This document shows, one piece after another, positions 50,652-51,534 of a stretch of DNA of 51,534 nt. Positions within the stretch are counted from its first letter, which is position 1; each line of letters starts with the position of its first letter. The notes beneath the pieces were generated by a model. It saw nothing but the letters and a program-made list of their open reading frames with translations. It searched no databases and was not told where the DNA came from. This DNA is from Limosilactobacillus gorillae (GTDB taxonomy: Bacteria > Verrucomicrobiota > Kiritimatiellia > RFP12 > UBA1067). The translations under genes were made by a program, and so were the position numbers. The stretch spans positions 1-51,534 of the forward strand of contig CAVJWR010000007.1 of NCBI GenBank assembly GCA_963653155.1. The letters are read 5' to 3'.

Positions 50652-51534
50652 TCAAATCCTATTGGGGGCGGCTATTCCGAGAAGGTCCAAACCCTTCGCG
50701 AGAATCTTGCCAAATAGGGCGCAGAGCTTAAGCCTCGCATCGCGGACATCCGGTTCGCTCTTGAGGATCGGGTTCTGCTGGTAGAACGACGAATATATCT
50801 GCGCCGTCTGGAAGAGATAGTCGGCAAGCAGCGATGGCTTGTAGTTTTCGGCCGCCTTCCTTACCGTGTCCCCGAACTTCAGGAGCTGCAGCGCAAGGAG
50901 CTTTTCGGACTGTGTGGAGACATTGAACGAAAAGCCCGCGACATCGGGATTTCCCGCCTTCTCCATGAGCGAGCAGACGCGGGCATGGGCATACTGGAGA
51001 TATGGGCCGGAATTGCCCTCAAGCGCAAGGGCCTTGTCCCAGTTGAAGTCGATGGCCGTGCCGGGATCATGGCTTAGGTCCGCATACTTTACCGCCCCGA
51101 ACCCGATTTGCTCCGCAAGCCTTTCGTCTCCGCCGCGATCCTTGACGATCTCATAGGCCCTGCGGGTTGCTTCCGCAAGGAGATCATCGAGTTTTATGAG
51201 GTTGCCTTCGCGAGTTGAGATCGCCTTGCCTTGATAGGACATCAGCCCGAACGGCACATGGACGAGCTTGGCCTTCATCCCCATCTTCGCGCATATGATG
51301 AAGAACTGCTTGAAGTGCAGGATCTGGCGGTCGTCCGTCACATATATTATCTCGGCGGGATCATACTCGGCAATGCGGCTCTCGACGCACGCGATGTCCG
51401 ATGTGGTGTAGTTGAAGCCTCCATCGGACTTCCTCACTATCGCAAGCGGCAACCCCTCATCCTCAAACCTTACGACAAGCGCACCCTCCGACTCTTCGGC
51501 AAGGCCCATCTTCACAAGGCGATCCACGACGGGG
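50652..51534 (-). CDS. argS: Arginine--tRNA ligase, C-terminal part (5' end beyond the right window edge)
   Basis: ..DGGFNYTTSDIACVESRI.., ..IYVTDDRQILHFKQFF.., the anticodon-binding (DALR) domain ..PSLLADYLFQTAQIYSSFYQ.. and a typical C-terminal end. The frame stays open to base 51534. Confidence 0.85.
   Translation of the reverse strand, partial: PVVDRLVKMGLAEESEGALVVRFEDEGLPLAIVRKSDGGFNYTTSDIACVESRIAEYDPAEIIYVTDDRQILHFKQFFIICAKMGMKAKLVHVPFGLMSYQGKAISTREGNLIKLDDLLAEATRRAYEIVKDRGGDERLAEQIGFGAVKYADLSHDPGTAIDFNWDKALALEGNSGPYLQYAHARVCSLMEKAGNPDVAGFSFNVSTQSEKLLALQLLKFGDTVRKAAENYKPSLLADYLFQTAQIYSSFYQQNPILKSEPDVRDARLKLCALFGKILAKGLDLLGIAAPNRI

Overview
This is a GC-rich, gene-dense chromosomal segment. 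It most likely comes from a PVC-superphylum bacterium (Lentisphaerota, Verrucomicrobiota or Kiritimatiellota-like). That is an inference from gene content: autotransporter-associated beta-strand repeat protein, MurC-MurB fusion, XylR-type AraC regulators, TAT-signal Gfo/Idh/MocA oxidoreductase and many giant secreted glycosidase-like proteins. All product names come from recognising motifs by eye, because no homology search was possible.

I call 38 protein-coding genes (two cut by the window edges, one split by an in-frame TAG), one tRNA-Ser(GGA), several hairpins and terminators, and a set of promoter-like elements. Gene content:
- A peptidase set: M81/MlrC, M24, M20, and a C69 fused to an alpha/beta hydrolase.
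- Cell-envelope genes: MurC-MurB fusion, prepilin peptidase, GtrA, and a double GT2.
- Glycan degradation: GH88 plus heparinase II/III, GH97, a GHL10-like protein, and two very large beta-helix/GH42-like proteins.
- Housekeeping genes: guaA, pyrH, rluB, manA, argS.
- Regulators: XylR-like, TetR, and a GAF-sigma54 activator.
- A MoxR-DUF58 pair.

I saw no transposase, integrase, CRISPR array or recognisable defence system.

The most unusual feature is non-coding. At 42243-42648 there are 58 perfectly phased heptanucleotide units, CTACC[C/A][A/T]. Inverted degenerate heptads lie over a neighbouring promoter. The array sits in a divergent intergenic region next to two tiny Cys-rich peptide genes, and related heptad-phased repeats occur at 3492-3630.

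Other points worth a second look:
- A recurring leaderless-type promoter geometry, including two leaderless mini-uORFs coupled to the main ORF.
- The MurC-MurB fusion.
- A T10 tract inside overlapping divergent promoters.
- An orphan sensory-rhodopsin-transducer (ASRT) homologue.
- The 775-codon gene interrupted by a single amber codon.
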